Assembly: GCA_004556655.1 (NCBI GenBank)
Contig: SFGF01000029.1
Location: 5,971-69,970 of the forward strand
Source: Lachnospiraceae bacterium
GTDB taxonomy: Bacteria; Bacillota; Clostridia; Lachnospirales; Lachnospiraceae
DNA: 64,000 bases
Direction of reading: 5' to 3'
The notes below the pieces were generated by a model that worked only from the letters and a program-made list of their open reading frames with translations, was not told where the DNA came from and ran no database searches. Position 1 is the first letter of the stretch. Each line of letters opens with the position of its first letter. Of this stretch, positions 1-9,333 are shown piece by piece. A program made the position numbers and the translations under genes.

Positions 1-315
1 AGACTGGATGGTTGTAATCATTTTATGATTTATTCCCGGATCATGTTGCCGCTGATTCGCTCCGGACTGGTAGCTTTGGGGATTCTGACATTACGATTTG
101 CATGGAATGATCTGATGTGGCCTTTAATTGTCAATACTTCTACAGAAAAGATGACTCTTTCTGCAGGTTTATCATTCATGCAGGGACAATATGCAACGGA
201 TTATCCTACTATGATGGCTGGTGCAGTGATGGCAGTGCTTCCGCTTCTGATTCTGTTTGCAATTTTCCAGAAACAGTTTATCGAAGGTGTTGCTATGTCG
301 GGTATTAAAGGTTAA
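1..315 (+). CDS. Carbohydrate ABC transporter permease (MalG/CUT1 type), 5' partial
   Basis: Frame is open from base 1 (RLDGC..). C-terminal motifs WNDLMWPLI and FAIFQKQFIEGVAMSGIKG are typical of CUT1 permeases. Confidence 0.9.
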   Translation, partial: RLDGCNHFMIYSRIMLPLIRSGLVALGILTLRFAWNDLMWPLIVNTSTEKMTLSAGLSFMQGQYATDYPTMMAGAVMAVLPLLILFAIFQKQFIEGVAMSGIKG

Positions 316-373
316 AATGTTGTTACGAAAATCCCAAAAACATGAGAATATTGCTGAAAGAGAGGACTTGAAA

Positions 374-1573
374 ATGAATGATAAGATTCGGATTGGTATG
401 ATTGGTCTTGGCGCGCGAGGTATCGGGCTTTTGGAAATGGTTTACGTGCAGCATCCGGATGTGGAATTTGCTGCAGTATGTGACCGTTATATGGATCGTT
501 GTGAAAAGGCAGCAGAGATTATTGAAAAGAGCGGAAGAAATCGACCGGTGATCACTACAGATTATAAAGAAGTATTGGCTATGCCGGAAGTAGATGCGGT
601 GATTCTCTGTACTTCCTGGGATCATCATGTGGATCTGTGTATAGAAGCTATGGAGGCAGGTAAGCCAGTTGGCTGTGAAGTGGGCGGAGCCTATTCTGTC
701 CGTGAATGCTGGAAGCTGGTGGAAGCACATGAGAGAACCGGCGTTCCGGTAATGATGATGGAAAACTGTGTGTATGGCCGTGATGAGATGATGGTGCTGA
801 ACATGGCAGAACAAGGGGTGCTTGGTAAGATTGTTCACTGTGAAGGTGGATATAAGCATGATCTGCGGGAAGAAGTGGCGTTTGGAAAAGAAAACCGCCA
901 TTATCGTTTGAATAACTATATTCACAGAAATACGGAAAACTATCCGACCCATGAGCTGGGACCAATTGCCCGAATTCTCCATATCAACAGAGGAAATCGG
1001 ATGCTGACGCTTACTTCTGTGGCATCTAAGTCTGCCGGACTGAAAGAGTATATCAAAAATAAAAAGCCGGAAGATGAAGTATTAAATAATACAGAGTTTT
1101 GTCAGGGCGATGTGGTAAATACCATAATTACCTGTGCCAATGGGGAGACAATCCTTCTGACCCTTGACACCACGCTCCCAAGATATTATTCCAGAGGATT
1201 TACCGTTCAGGGAACCAAAGGTATGTATATGGAAGACAACAAATCTATTTTTATAGATGGGGAAGAACATGCCAAAGATCATTTTGAGTGGCAGAAGCAT
1301 TGGAATAATGTGGAGGAATATCGCGACAAATACGAGCATCCGGTATGGAAACAGTATATCGAGGAAGGTGTTAAAGAAGGCCACGATGGAATGGACTGGC
1401 TGACATTCTGTGACTTCGTAAAATTTGTTCAGACCGGCAGTGAGGCGCCTGTGGATGTGTATGATATGGCAGCCTGGATGTGCATCACACCGCTGGCAGA
1501 ACAATCTATCGCTATGGGCGGACAGCCGGTGGCAATTCCGGATTTCACAAACGGTGCATGGATCAATAGATAA
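374..1573 (+). CDS. Gfo/Idh/MocA family, GH109-like NAD+-dependent alpha-N-acetylgalactosaminidase-type glycosidase
   Basis: Rossmann motif IGLGARG, EVGGA, MMMENCVYGR, YPTHELGP and GHDGMDW, as in GH109. RBS GAGGA precedes ATG 374. No signal peptide. Confidence 0.8.
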   Translation: MNDKIRIGMIGLGARGIGLLEMVYVQHPDVEFAAVCDRYMDRCEKAAEIIEKSGRNRPVITTDYKEVLAMPEVDAVILCTSWDHHVDLCIEAMEAGKPVGCEVGGAYSVRECWKLVEAHERTGVPVMMMENCVYGRDEMMVLNMAEQGVLGKIVHCEGGYKHDLREEVAFGKENRHYRLNNYIHRNTENYPTHELGPIARILHINRGNRMLTLTSVASKSAGLKEYIKNKKPEDEVLNNTEFCQGDVVNTIITCANGETILLTLDTTLPRYYSRGFTVQGTKGMYMEDNKSIFIDGEEHAKDHFEWQKHWNNVEEYRDKYEHPVWKQYIEEGVKEGHDGMDWLTFCDFVKFVQTGSEAPVDVYDMAAWMCITPLAEQSIAMGGQPVAIPDFTNGAWINR

Positions 1574-1650
1574 GATATATTTTACCTGTATTTTATTGTA
1601 TGCCACAAAATTTTGGTTTATAATATCAGAAAAAAGAAAAAGCGAGGCGT

Positions 1651-2883
1651 ATGATTATGACACCGGAAGAGCTGATAGTCCGAGGGGGTATTTATTTTGA
1701 TAAGATTCAGAGTGGTATGGCAGAGTATGAGTGGGAAAGCACATTCTTAAGTCCCCGGATGGCTGATAAATATTTACGGGAATTGTGGAAAAAGAATGGG
1801 GATGGATACTCTTTTGTGGACTGTTATTATCCATTTCTGGAGCAGGAATCAAAGGAAAGGATTCTTTCTGTATTGAATCAGGAGCAGCAGGAATATCTGA
1901 AGCAACTGGATGAGAAGAAAGGAGATCTTTTGCTGCCTCTTGATGAAGAGATTTTGTCTATTGCCATTACATTGAATGATAAAGAAATGTTGTTTTTCTC
2001 CTTTTATTTTCTGAAAGAGCCTTGTACTATATGGGGAAATTACAAACAGGAATATCTGATTTTTCATCCAACGGCTGATCGTGACGAACATCAGGATATA
2101 GGAAAAATAAAGGAAGTAAAAGCAGAAATCAAAGAAAAAGCAGGAAACCATACCATGAAAATCTTTGCACACAGAGGGTTCAGTGGGGAATATCCGGAAA
2201 ATACAATGCTGGCTTTTAAAAAAGCCTGGGAAGTCGGGTGTGATGGAATTGAACTGGATGTACAGCTCACAAAGGATGATGTCATTGTAATCATGCATGA
2301 TGAGACCATTGACCGGACAACCAATGGATCGGGTAATCTGAGAGATTATACATATGAGCAGCTTTGCGGATTTAACTGTAGCGGAAAGTTTGACAAAAAA
2401 TATGGCTTTCAGAAGATCCCCACTCTTCAGGAATATCTGGAATGGGTGAAAGATACAGAACTTCTTACCAATATTGAGCTGAAAAACAGTGTATATTATT
2501 ATGAAAATCTGGAAGAAAAGGTGATTGATATGGTACGGCAGTACCATCTGGAAGATCGGATTCTATTTTCAACCTTTAATTTGGTTTCGGCAGTAAAATG
2601 TAAAAAACTGATTCCTGAGATTCCTGTAGGATTTTTGATGGAAACGCGAATGGATAATATCGCATGTCTTACCAGGGGGAATGATGTGGAGTTTTATCAT
2701 CCCGGTATGGAGGTCCTGACAAAGGAAGAAATTAAAAATTGCCATGATAAGGGAATTGGGGTCAATGTCTGGACTGTAAACAAAAAGAAGCATATGAAAC
2801 AGATGGCGGAATGGGAAGTAGATGGAATTTTTACCAATTATCCGAACAAAGCAAAAAAGTTGAAAGAAAAAGGAATGATTTAA
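1651..2883 (+). CDS. Fusion: ~140 aa unknown N-terminal domain + glycerophosphodiester phosphodiesterase (GDPD)
   Basis: The GDPD part begins MKIFAHRGFSGEYPENT at 2155 and has IELDVQLTKD, HDETIDRTTNG, NIELK, VWTVN and DGIFTNYP. RBS GAGG precedes 1651. Confidence 0.85.
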   Translation: MIMTPEELIVRGGIYFDKIQSGMAEYEWESTFLSPRMADKYLRELWKKNGDGYSFVDCYYPFLEQESKERILSVLNQEQQEYLKQLDEKKGDLLLPLDEEILSIAITLNDKEMLFFSFYFLKEPCTIWGNYKQEYLIFHPTADRDEHQDIGKIKEVKAEIKEKAGNHTMKIFAHRGFSGEYPENTMLAFKKAWEVGCDGIELDVQLTKDDVIVIMHDETIDRTTNGSGNLRDYTYEQLCGFNCSGKFDKKYGFQKIPTLQEYLEWVKDTELLTNIELKNSVYYYENLEEKVIDMVRQYHLEDRILFSTFNLVSAVKCKKLIPEIPVGFLMETRMDNIACLTRGNDVEFYHPGMEVLTKEEIKNCHDKGIGVNVWTVNKKKHMKQMAEWEVDGIFTNYPNKAKKLKEKGMI

Positions 2884-2893
2884 TCTGAGTAAA

Positions 2894-2944
2894 CAAAAAG
2901 GCGGGTAGATCCGGATAAACATCCGTGGAACACTCGCCTTTTTG
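2894..2944. terminator. Bidirectional intrinsic terminator between the GDPD gene and fucU
   Basis: CAAAAAGGCGGGT...ACTCGCCTTTTTG inverted repeat with A/T tails between convergent genes. Confidence 0.7.
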
Positions 2945-2975
2945 CCTATATAATAGATAGAAGCAGAGAACGATT

Positions 2976-3416
2976 TTATTCTACTACTACACCTTTCTGC
3001 AGCATAATATTTGCGTACAGAGCTTTTTCACTGGTGGCAATGATTGCATAAGCTGTTTTTGCTTCTTCATAGAAAGCAAATCTTTCAATATGACCGATCG
3101 CCGCACCGCCACGCTCATCATGTTTTGTGACAATTTCTTCATAAGTGTCCCAGATTGGCGTCTCAACGGTATCACCAGGCATAACCTCCATCAGATTTAC
3201 CGGTTTTTCCACATAAGTGTCCAGTGGGAATACTTTAAGAATCGCGTCCAGAATTTCAGGTACGCCATGTCCGTCACAGCGGATCACAATAGCATTTTTC
3301 CCCATAGATTCTGCCGGAAAATTGCCATCTGAAATAACCAGACGGTCACTGTGTCCCATTTCACATAATACTTTTAATAATTCGGGAGATAAAATTTGAG
3401 GAATTCCTTTTAACAT
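2976..3416 (-). CDS. fucU: RbsD/FucU family sugar mutarotase (L-fucose mutarotase-like)
   Basis: MLKGIPQILSPELLKVLCEMGHSD, DGNFP, ERFAFYEEAK and LYANIMLQKGV. RBS GAAAGGAG. Confidence 0.88.
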   Translation of the reverse strand: MLKGIPQILSPELLKVLCEMGHSDRLVISDGNFPAESMGKNAIVIRCDGHGVPEILDAILKVFPLDTYVEKPVNLMEVMPGDTVETPIWDTYEEIVTKHDERGGAAIGHIERFAFYEEAKTAYAIIATSEKALYANIMLQKGVVVE

Positions 3417-3624
3417 AGTGTGCTCCTTTCCCATATCGTTTTTATGATGCGGGGGCAAATGCTTTTGCCCCTGACATCATTGTTTTATTAAAAATATGAT
3501 AAATCAAATTTTATGATAAAACAATATAATTTTTTCCGAAAAAGGGTAAAAATCTGCTATAATAGAAACAACAAAAGAATTGAGAAGTATGAATGAAAAA
3601 AGGAAGGAGAAGAATAATAATTTT

Positions 3625-5607
3625 ATGGAAAATGCGAGTATTGGGAATAAAGAAATGGATCAATTAGAACTGAGGTATCTGGAACGGCTTGCTGAGATAT
3701 ATCCTACGATTGCCAAAGCATCTACGGAAATTATCAATCTGCAGGCTATTTTAAACTTACCCAAAGGGACAGAACATTTTCTGACAGATATCCATGGGGA
3801 GTATGAGGCATTTTCCCATGTACTGAAAAATGGTTCCGGCTCCGTACGAAGGAAAATTGATGAGATATTTGGTCATACTTTAAGCAGACAGGATAAGAAG
3901 GCACTGGCCACACTGATTTATTATCCAAAAGAGAAAATGAAGCTGGTGAGCAAGACGGAAAAGCACATGGATGAATGGTATCGGATCACTTTGTACCGTT
4001 TGATTGAAGTGTGTAAACGAGTAGCATCCAAATATACCAAATCCAAGGTGAGCAAAGCTTTGCCGAAAGATTTCGCATATGTGATTGAAGAATTGATCAC
4101 AGAGAAACCGGAACTTTTAGATAAGGAAGCATATTATGATCAGATTATTACGACAATTATCGAAGTAAGACGTGCGGAAGAATTTATCGTGGCACTTAGC
4201 GAACTGATTCAAAGGCTGGTAGTGGATCACCTGCATATCCTTGGAGATATTTATGACAGAGGTCCGGGTCCTCATTTGATTATGGATAAGCTGATGAGTT
4301 ATCATTCACTGGATATCCAGTGGGGAAATCATGATATCATGTGGATGGGAGCGGCCGCAGGTCAGACCACGTGTATTGCCACTGCGATACGAATCTGTGC
4401 CCGGTATTCCAATCTGGATATTCTGGAGGATGGGTATGGAATCAATCTTCTGCCGTTGGCGACATTTGCACTTTCCACTTATGGGGATGATCCCTGCGAA
4501 TGCTTTAAAATCAAGGGAAATAATGAATTAAATGATCTGGAAGCCGAGCTTACCAGAAAGATGCATAAAGCAATCTCCATTATCGCTTATAAGCTGGAGG
4601 GACAGCTTGTGAAGAGACGTCCCTGTTTTCATATGGACAGCAGACGGGTTTTGGAACGAGTGAATTATGAGAAAGGAACACTGGAGATTAATGGAAAGGA
4701 ATATCCATTGATGGATACGAATTTCCCGACGATCGATCCAAAGGATCCTTATCGCCTGTCTGATGAAGAAGCAGAAGTGATGGAACGTCTCACGGCAGCT
4801 TTCGTAGGATGTGAAAAGTTGCAGACACATATGAGATTCCTGTTGAAAAAAGGAAGTCTTTATAAAGTATATAATAATAATCTTCTTTATCATGGCTGTG
4901 TACCGCTGGAGGAGGATGGATCTTTCAGCAAAGTGGAAATATATGGTAAAGAATACAAGGGCCGTGAACTATATGATACATTGGAAGCTTATGTGAGAAA
5001 AGCTTTTTTTGCCATTGATGAGGAAGAGAGAGAAAAGGGAAAAGATATCCTCTGGTATATCTGGAGTGGCCCGAACTCTCCTCTGTACGGAAAAAATAAG
5101 ATGGCTACTTTTGAGAGATGTTTCCTGGAAGAGAAAGAAACGCAGGAAGAATATAAAAATGCTTATTACAAATTCCTGGAGAATGAAGAAGTGGTAGATC
5201 GGATTCTGGATGAATTTGGTGTGAAAGGTAATGACAGACACATTATTAATGGACATGTGCCGGTTCATCATAAAGCCGGTGAAAGCCCGGTGAAATGTAA
5301 TGGAAAAGTTCTGATTATTGATGGTGGATTTTCCAAAGCTTATCAAAAAGAGACAGGAATTGCAGGATATACTTTGATCTTCAATTCCTGGGGATTGATT
5401 TTGAATGCACATCAGCCATTTACTTCCACAGAGGATGCGATCACTCAGGAAAGCGATATCCTTTCAGATAATATTGTGGTGAGCAGGGTTTCCGTAAGAA
5501 AATCTGTTGGTGATACGGATGCGGGAGAAAAGATGAGAGAACGGATCGGAGAACTGCAGGAACTACTGAAAGCATACAGGAGTGGTTTGATTGTAGAGAA
5601 AGTATGA
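3625..5607 (+). CDS. fbp: Fructose-1,6-bisphosphatase class III (Firmicute type)
   Basis: LNLPKGTEHFLTDIHGE, GDIYDRG, QWGNHD, INGHVPV and IDGGFSKAYQ. Start uncertain (3625 or 3655). Confidence 0.93.
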   Translation: MENASIGNKEMDQLELRYLERLAEIYPTIAKASTEIINLQAILNLPKGTEHFLTDIHGEYEAFSHVLKNGSGSVRRKIDEIFGHTLSRQDKKALATLIYYPKEKMKLVSKTEKHMDEWYRITLYRLIEVCKRVASKYTKSKVSKALPKDFAYVIEELITEKPELLDKEAYYDQIITTIIEVRRAEEFIVALSELIQRLVVDHLHILGDIYDRGPGPHLIMDKLMSYHSLDIQWGNHDIMWMGAAAGQTTCIATAIRICARYSNLDILEDGYGINLLPLATFALSTYGDDPCECFKIKGNNELNDLEAELTRKMHKAISIIAYKLEGQLVKRRPCFHMDSRRVLERVNYEKGTLEINGKEYPLMDTNFPTIDPKDPYRLSDEEAEVMERLTAAFVGCEKLQTHMRFLLKKGSLYKVYNNNLLYHGCVPLEEDGSFSKVEIYGKEYKGRELYDTLEAYVRKAFFAIDEEEREKGKDILWYIWSGPNSPLYGKNKMATFERCFLEEKETQEEYKNAYYKFLENEEVVDRILDEFGVKGNDRHIINGHVPVHHKAGESPVKCNGKVLIIDGGFSKAYQKETGIAGYTLIFNSWGLILNAHQPFTSTEDAITQESDILSDNIVVSRVSVRKSVGDTDAGEKMRERIGELQELLKAYRSGLIVEKV

Positions 5608-5625
5608 ATTTGATGGTGTAGTAAG

Positions 5626-5667
5626 AAAATATAGCGTGCCATTTCAGATAATGGTACGCTATATTTT
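5626..5667. terminator. Bidirectional intrinsic terminator
   Basis: AAAATATAGCGTGCCATT / AATGGTACGCTATATTTT between the convergent fbp and L,D-transpeptidase genes. Confidence 0.75.
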
Positions 5668-5688
5668 GTGCTCAAGAATCAAAATGTT

Positions 5689-7167
5689 TTAGTAAATAAT
5701 TACCGCATATCCTTTATCAACGGTTTCATAGATGATTTTTGCCTGATCGATAGGAAGATTTACGCATCCATGGCTTCCATTTGTTTTGTAGATTTCACCA
5801 CCGAAAGCACTGCGGTTGATGTCGTGAAGACCCTGACCATATACAAAGGGCATCCAGTAGGTTACGGGAACTTCATAACCATAGATATCGCTGCTAAGTG
5901 TATAGGGGCTTGCTTTATAAGCAATGCTCCACGCTCCTTTATACGTAGAAGTTTCATCACCGGGTTTTCCGCTTACAATATCAGTTTCTGTAATCAGAGC
6001 CCCATCTTTGTAAAGCCACAGGTGCTGCTTGTCAATACTGACTTCCACATAACAGCCAGCAAGGTCATCTTTTCCATTTCTCTTATATCCGCTTTTACTA
6101 TATACAGGTTCCCGTTCGATTGCTTCTCCGGAAGCGAGATCCTGACAAAGCTGCTGATATTCAGCTTCCTGATCAATACGATATCCGTATTCATTGTGTT
6201 CCAGTTTTACAGTTTCCCCGGTGGAAGTGGTAAAATTCCTGTCTCGGTATATGGTATTGTAAGAACTGGCAAGCTGAGAAATGTAATCTCGGATCAATTC
6301 TTCTGAAAGTTGAACGGAATTCGTTTCTTTATCAACCATCAGCCAGGAAGAAATCAAAGAACCATCGATAACTTCTTTTGTGTCCCCGAACTGGTAGGTG
6401 ATCGTTGTATTGCGATATCGAGCGATCTCATCATTTAATGCATTCATTTGATTTATAAGATCTTCATTGGAGGAGGTAATCTCCGGTTTTATGTATACAG
6501 AATCGTCAAGACTGACTTCAAGTGTTTCTGGAAGCGCAACAGGATTTAGTTGGGAACTTATAGATTCACTTACCAGATTTTGAAGGGAGTCGTCTGCGAT
6601 TTTATTTCCCATTGCTTCAGGAATAATTACAAATTCTCCCTGCGCATCATCATATGTCAGATAGGCATTCACAAAATCTGTCCGTTCTCCGGAAAGATGA
6701 TCTGCTGTAATGATACTGAAAAAAATATCATCCGCCCGTTGGTACGGATATTCAACAGATTGATCTTTTGGTTTTTTGAAAAAATGTAGTCCCGGTTTTT
6801 GACTTTGAATCAGTTCTTCCAAAGAAGCAGTAAGTGCAGAAGTATCCAGAGAATATCCAGCGTCTCCCATGGTAAGTTCATACACAGAAGAATCGTTTTC
6901 CAGGATACTCAATCGGCAGTTATGAAATTCACTGTCAAGTTTTTGGGCAACTTCTTCAGCAGTCATACCATAATAGCTTTGCCCATTGATTGTAATGCTG
7001 TGACCAAACTGCTCCTTTATACGAAAATAATCTGCAAGATAAAATGCACCTGCGGCCAGGAACAGAAATAAGCAAAGAATTCCCACAGAGATTCCCGTTT
7101 TTTTCAGAACAGAGTTTTTTGTCAGTTGTTTTTTTCCCTTATTGTTGTGCTGTTTTTCTTTTGTCAT
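5689..7167 (-). CDS. L,D-transpeptidase (YkuD domain) with N-terminal TM anchor and peptidoglycan-binding domain
   Basis: C-terminal YVEVSIDKQHLWLY, YWMPF, GLHD and GSHGCVNL catalytic motif. N-terminal hydrophobic helix. RBS GGAGG. Confidence 0.9.
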   Translation of the reverse strand: MTKEKQHNNKGKKQLTKNSVLKKTGISVGILCLFLFLAAGAFYLADYFRIKEQFGHSITINGQSYYGMTAEEVAQKLDSEFHNCRLSILENDSSVYELTMGDAGYSLDTSALTASLEELIQSQKPGLHFFKKPKDQSVEYPYQRADDIFFSIITADHLSGERTDFVNAYLTYDDAQGEFVIIPEAMGNKIADDSLQNLVSESISSQLNPVALPETLEVSLDDSVYIKPEITSSNEDLINQMNALNDEIARYRNTTITYQFGDTKEVIDGSLISSWLMVDKETNSVQLSEELIRDYISQLASSYNTIYRDRNFTTSTGETVKLEHNEYGYRIDQEAEYQQLCQDLASGEAIEREPVYSKSGYKRNGKDDLAGCYVEVSIDKQHLWLYKDGALITETDIVSGKPGDETSTYKGAWSIAYKASPYTLSSDIYGYEVPVTYWMPFVYGQGLHDINRSAFGGEIYKTNGSHGCVNLPIDQAKIIYETVDKGYAVIIY

Positions 7168-7361
7168 AATACAACCCTCCACTGTTCACTCCGTGATCAG
7201 CAACATGATTCGCAATGTCACTCATTGTAAGAGTGACATTTTCGTCAACATATTTAAACACATGTTCATGTGTTTGTCAACCGATTGCATCCGGGCATTT
7301 TGTGACGATTTTGTGACTTTTTCCTGTAGAATTTCCGTTGGGAAATAATGTAAAAAAAGTA

Positions 7362-7390
7362 TTGACAGTAGCAGGAAGAGAATGTATGAT
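7362..7390 (+). promoter_or_regulatory. SigA promoter of the aldolase-LacI operon
   Basis: TTGACA (7362-7367), 17 bp spacer, TATGAT (7385-7390). Confidence 0.8.
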
Positions 7391-7395
7391 AAAAG

Positions 7396-7415
7396 AAAGC
7401 GAAACGTTTCGGTTT
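7396..7415. promoter_or_regulatory. LacI-family operator
   Basis: AAAGCGAAACGTTTCGGTTT has a perfect 12 bp core palindrome CGAAACGTTTCG with central CG. It overlaps the predicted transcription start, and the operon encodes a LacI repressor. Confidence 0.75.
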
Positions 7416-7450
7416 TGCAATATATCATTAAATTTCAGGAGGAAATCATT

Positions 7451-8302
7451 ATGCCATTAGTTACATCCGGAAAAATGTTAACAGACGCTCAGAAAGGCGG
7501 ATATGCGGTAGGAGCGTTCAATGCGGAGAATATGGAGATGGTAAAAGCCATCATAAAAGCAGCGGAGGAACTGAAAGCTCCGGTTATGATTCAGACAACG
7601 CCTTCCACAGTAAAGTATGGTACTTTGGAGACTTATGCGGCGATTGTTTCTGCAGAAGCAAAGAAGGCATCGGTACCGGTTTGTCTGCATCTGGATCATG
7701 GCAATAGCTTTGAACTGGCGGTACAGGCAATCAAAGCCGGCTATACTTCTGTGATGATCGATGGTTCTCACGAAGATTTTGAAGGAAATATTGCTGTAAG
7801 TAAAAAAGTAGCGGATGTTGCGAAAGCTGTTAATATACCTGTGGAAGCTGAACTGGGAAAAGTAGGAGGAAAAGAGGATGATCTGGAAGCAGAAGCCGAT
7901 ACGAATACCGATCCACAGCAGGCAAAAGAGTTTGTAGAGCGTACAGGTGTAGATTCTCTTGCAGTAGCGATTGGGACAGCTCACGGATTTTATGTAGGGA
8001 CTCCTGTTCTGGATAAAGAAAGACTGACTGAAATCCGTCAGGTGGTAGATATTCCTCTGGTGCTTCACGGAGCTTCCGGTCTTAGTGATGAAGATGTAAG
8101 AGACTGTGTAAAACGTGGAATCTGTAAAGTGAATTTTGCAACAGAGCTCCGTGCAGCCTATACGGCGGCAGGCAAAAAGCTGATAGAAGAGAAACCGGAA
8201 ACAATTGACCCGAAAGCTTTAGGAAAAGTAGGAATGGCAGCTGTGACAGAGCTTGTGAAAGGAAGAATGAAAGTTTGCGGCTGTGACGGAAAAGCAGAAT
8301 AG
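7451..8302 (+). CDS. Class II ketose-1,6-bisphosphate aldolase (tagatose/fructose-bisphosphate aldolase, GatY/KbaY-like)
   Basis: GYAVGAFN, HLDHG, SVMIDGS, VEAELG, AIGTAHG, LVLHGASG and KVNFAT. RBS AGGAGG. Confidence 0.92.
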   Translation: MPLVTSGKMLTDAQKGGYAVGAFNAENMEMVKAIIKAAEELKAPVMIQTTPSTVKYGTLETYAAIVSAEAKKASVPVCLHLDHGNSFELAVQAIKAGYTSVMIDGSHEDFEGNIAVSKKVADVAKAVNIPVEAELGKVGGKEDDLEAEADTNTDPQQAKEFVERTGVDSLAVAIGTAHGFYVGTPVLDKERLTEIRQVVDIPLVLHGASGLSDEDVRDCVKRGICKVNFATELRAAYTAAGKKLIEEKPETIDPKALGKVGMAAVTELVKGRMKVCGCDGKAE

Positions 8303-8317
8303 AAGCAGGAGGAACAG

Positions 8318-9319
8318 ATGGCGGCTACAATCAAAGATATTGCCAAAAAGACCGGACTGGGACTGGCAACCATTTCTTCCTATCTAAATGGAGGAAATGT
8401 AAGAGAAAAAAACAGAATAAAGATTGAACAGGCCATTGATGAACTGCATTTTGAAGTAAATGAAGTTGCCAGAGGGCTGCGGACAAACATTACAAAGACG
8501 GTTGGCGTGGTGATACCGGAGCTTACTATGGTTTTTTGCGCGGAAATCATTACGGCTGCAGAAGATATTTTGAGAAATCACGGATATGCAATGATTGTGT
8601 GTGATTGCCGTACGGATGCCAAAAGAGAGCAGGAGGCGGTAGAGTTCCTGATCCATAAGCGGGTGGATGGACTGATTAATATGCCTGTTGACAAAACAGG
8701 TGCACATCTACAAAGTTTTATAAAAACCGGAAAACCACTGGTACTTATCGATCGTGATATTGCTGATCTGGATTGTGACAGTATTCTTGTGGATAATCGG
8801 ATGGCAGCAAAACAGGCTGTGAGACTTTTTCTCGAATATGGACATAAACAGATCGGACTGGTGGCAGGACCGCAGGATATTTCTGTTGCACGGGAGAGGC
8901 GGATTGGATATGAAGAAGCATTGAATGAAGCAGGAATTCCTCTGAGAGAAGAATATATTTATTATGGAAACGATGATATGAACAGTGGTGCAGAAGGAAT
9001 ACAGAAGCTTCATAGAGAACATCCGGAGATTACGGGAGTTTTTGTGGCAAATCATGCCATGACGACCGGTGCGGTGATCGGACTGAACGAACAGAATGTG
9101 CAGATCGGAAAGGAATTGTCGTTGATCGGATTCGATAACCGTCAGTTCGCCAGAGCCTGTAACCCTCAGCTTACAATAGTAGCCCAGCCAACGGAAAAAA
9201 TTGCAGAGCATGCTGCAAATCTGCTGCTGGCACGGCTGCAGGAAAATCAGGAGCAGGTGCATACAGTTGAAAAACTACAGACACAGGTACTGATGGGAAA
9301 ATCAATCAGGAGAATATAA
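8318..9319 (+). CDS. LacI family transcriptional regulator
   Basis: N-terminal HTH ATIKDIAKKTGLGLATIS followed by a periplasmic-binding-protein-like effector domain (IGFDN). Confidence 0.93.
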   Translation: MAATIKDIAKKTGLGLATISSYLNGGNVREKNRIKIEQAIDELHFEVNEVARGLRTNITKTVGVVIPELTMVFCAEIITAAEDILRNHGYAMIVCDCRTDAKREQEAVEFLIHKRVDGLINMPVDKTGAHLQSFIKTGKPLVLIDRDIADLDCDSILVDNRMAAKQAVRLFLEYGHKQIGLVAGPQDISVARERRIGYEEALNEAGIPLREEYIYYGNDDMNSGAEGIQKLHREHPEITGVFVANHAMTTGAVIGLNEQNVQIGKELSLIGFDNRQFARACNPQLTIVAQPTEKIAEHAANLLLARLQENQEQVHTVEKLQTQVLMGKSIRRI

Positions 9320-9333
9320 GGAGTAACAGGAAG

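Noticed and set aside
5668..6306. 212 aa + strand ORF inside the L,D-transpeptidase gene
   Set aside because: Antisense shadow with no RBS or family features.
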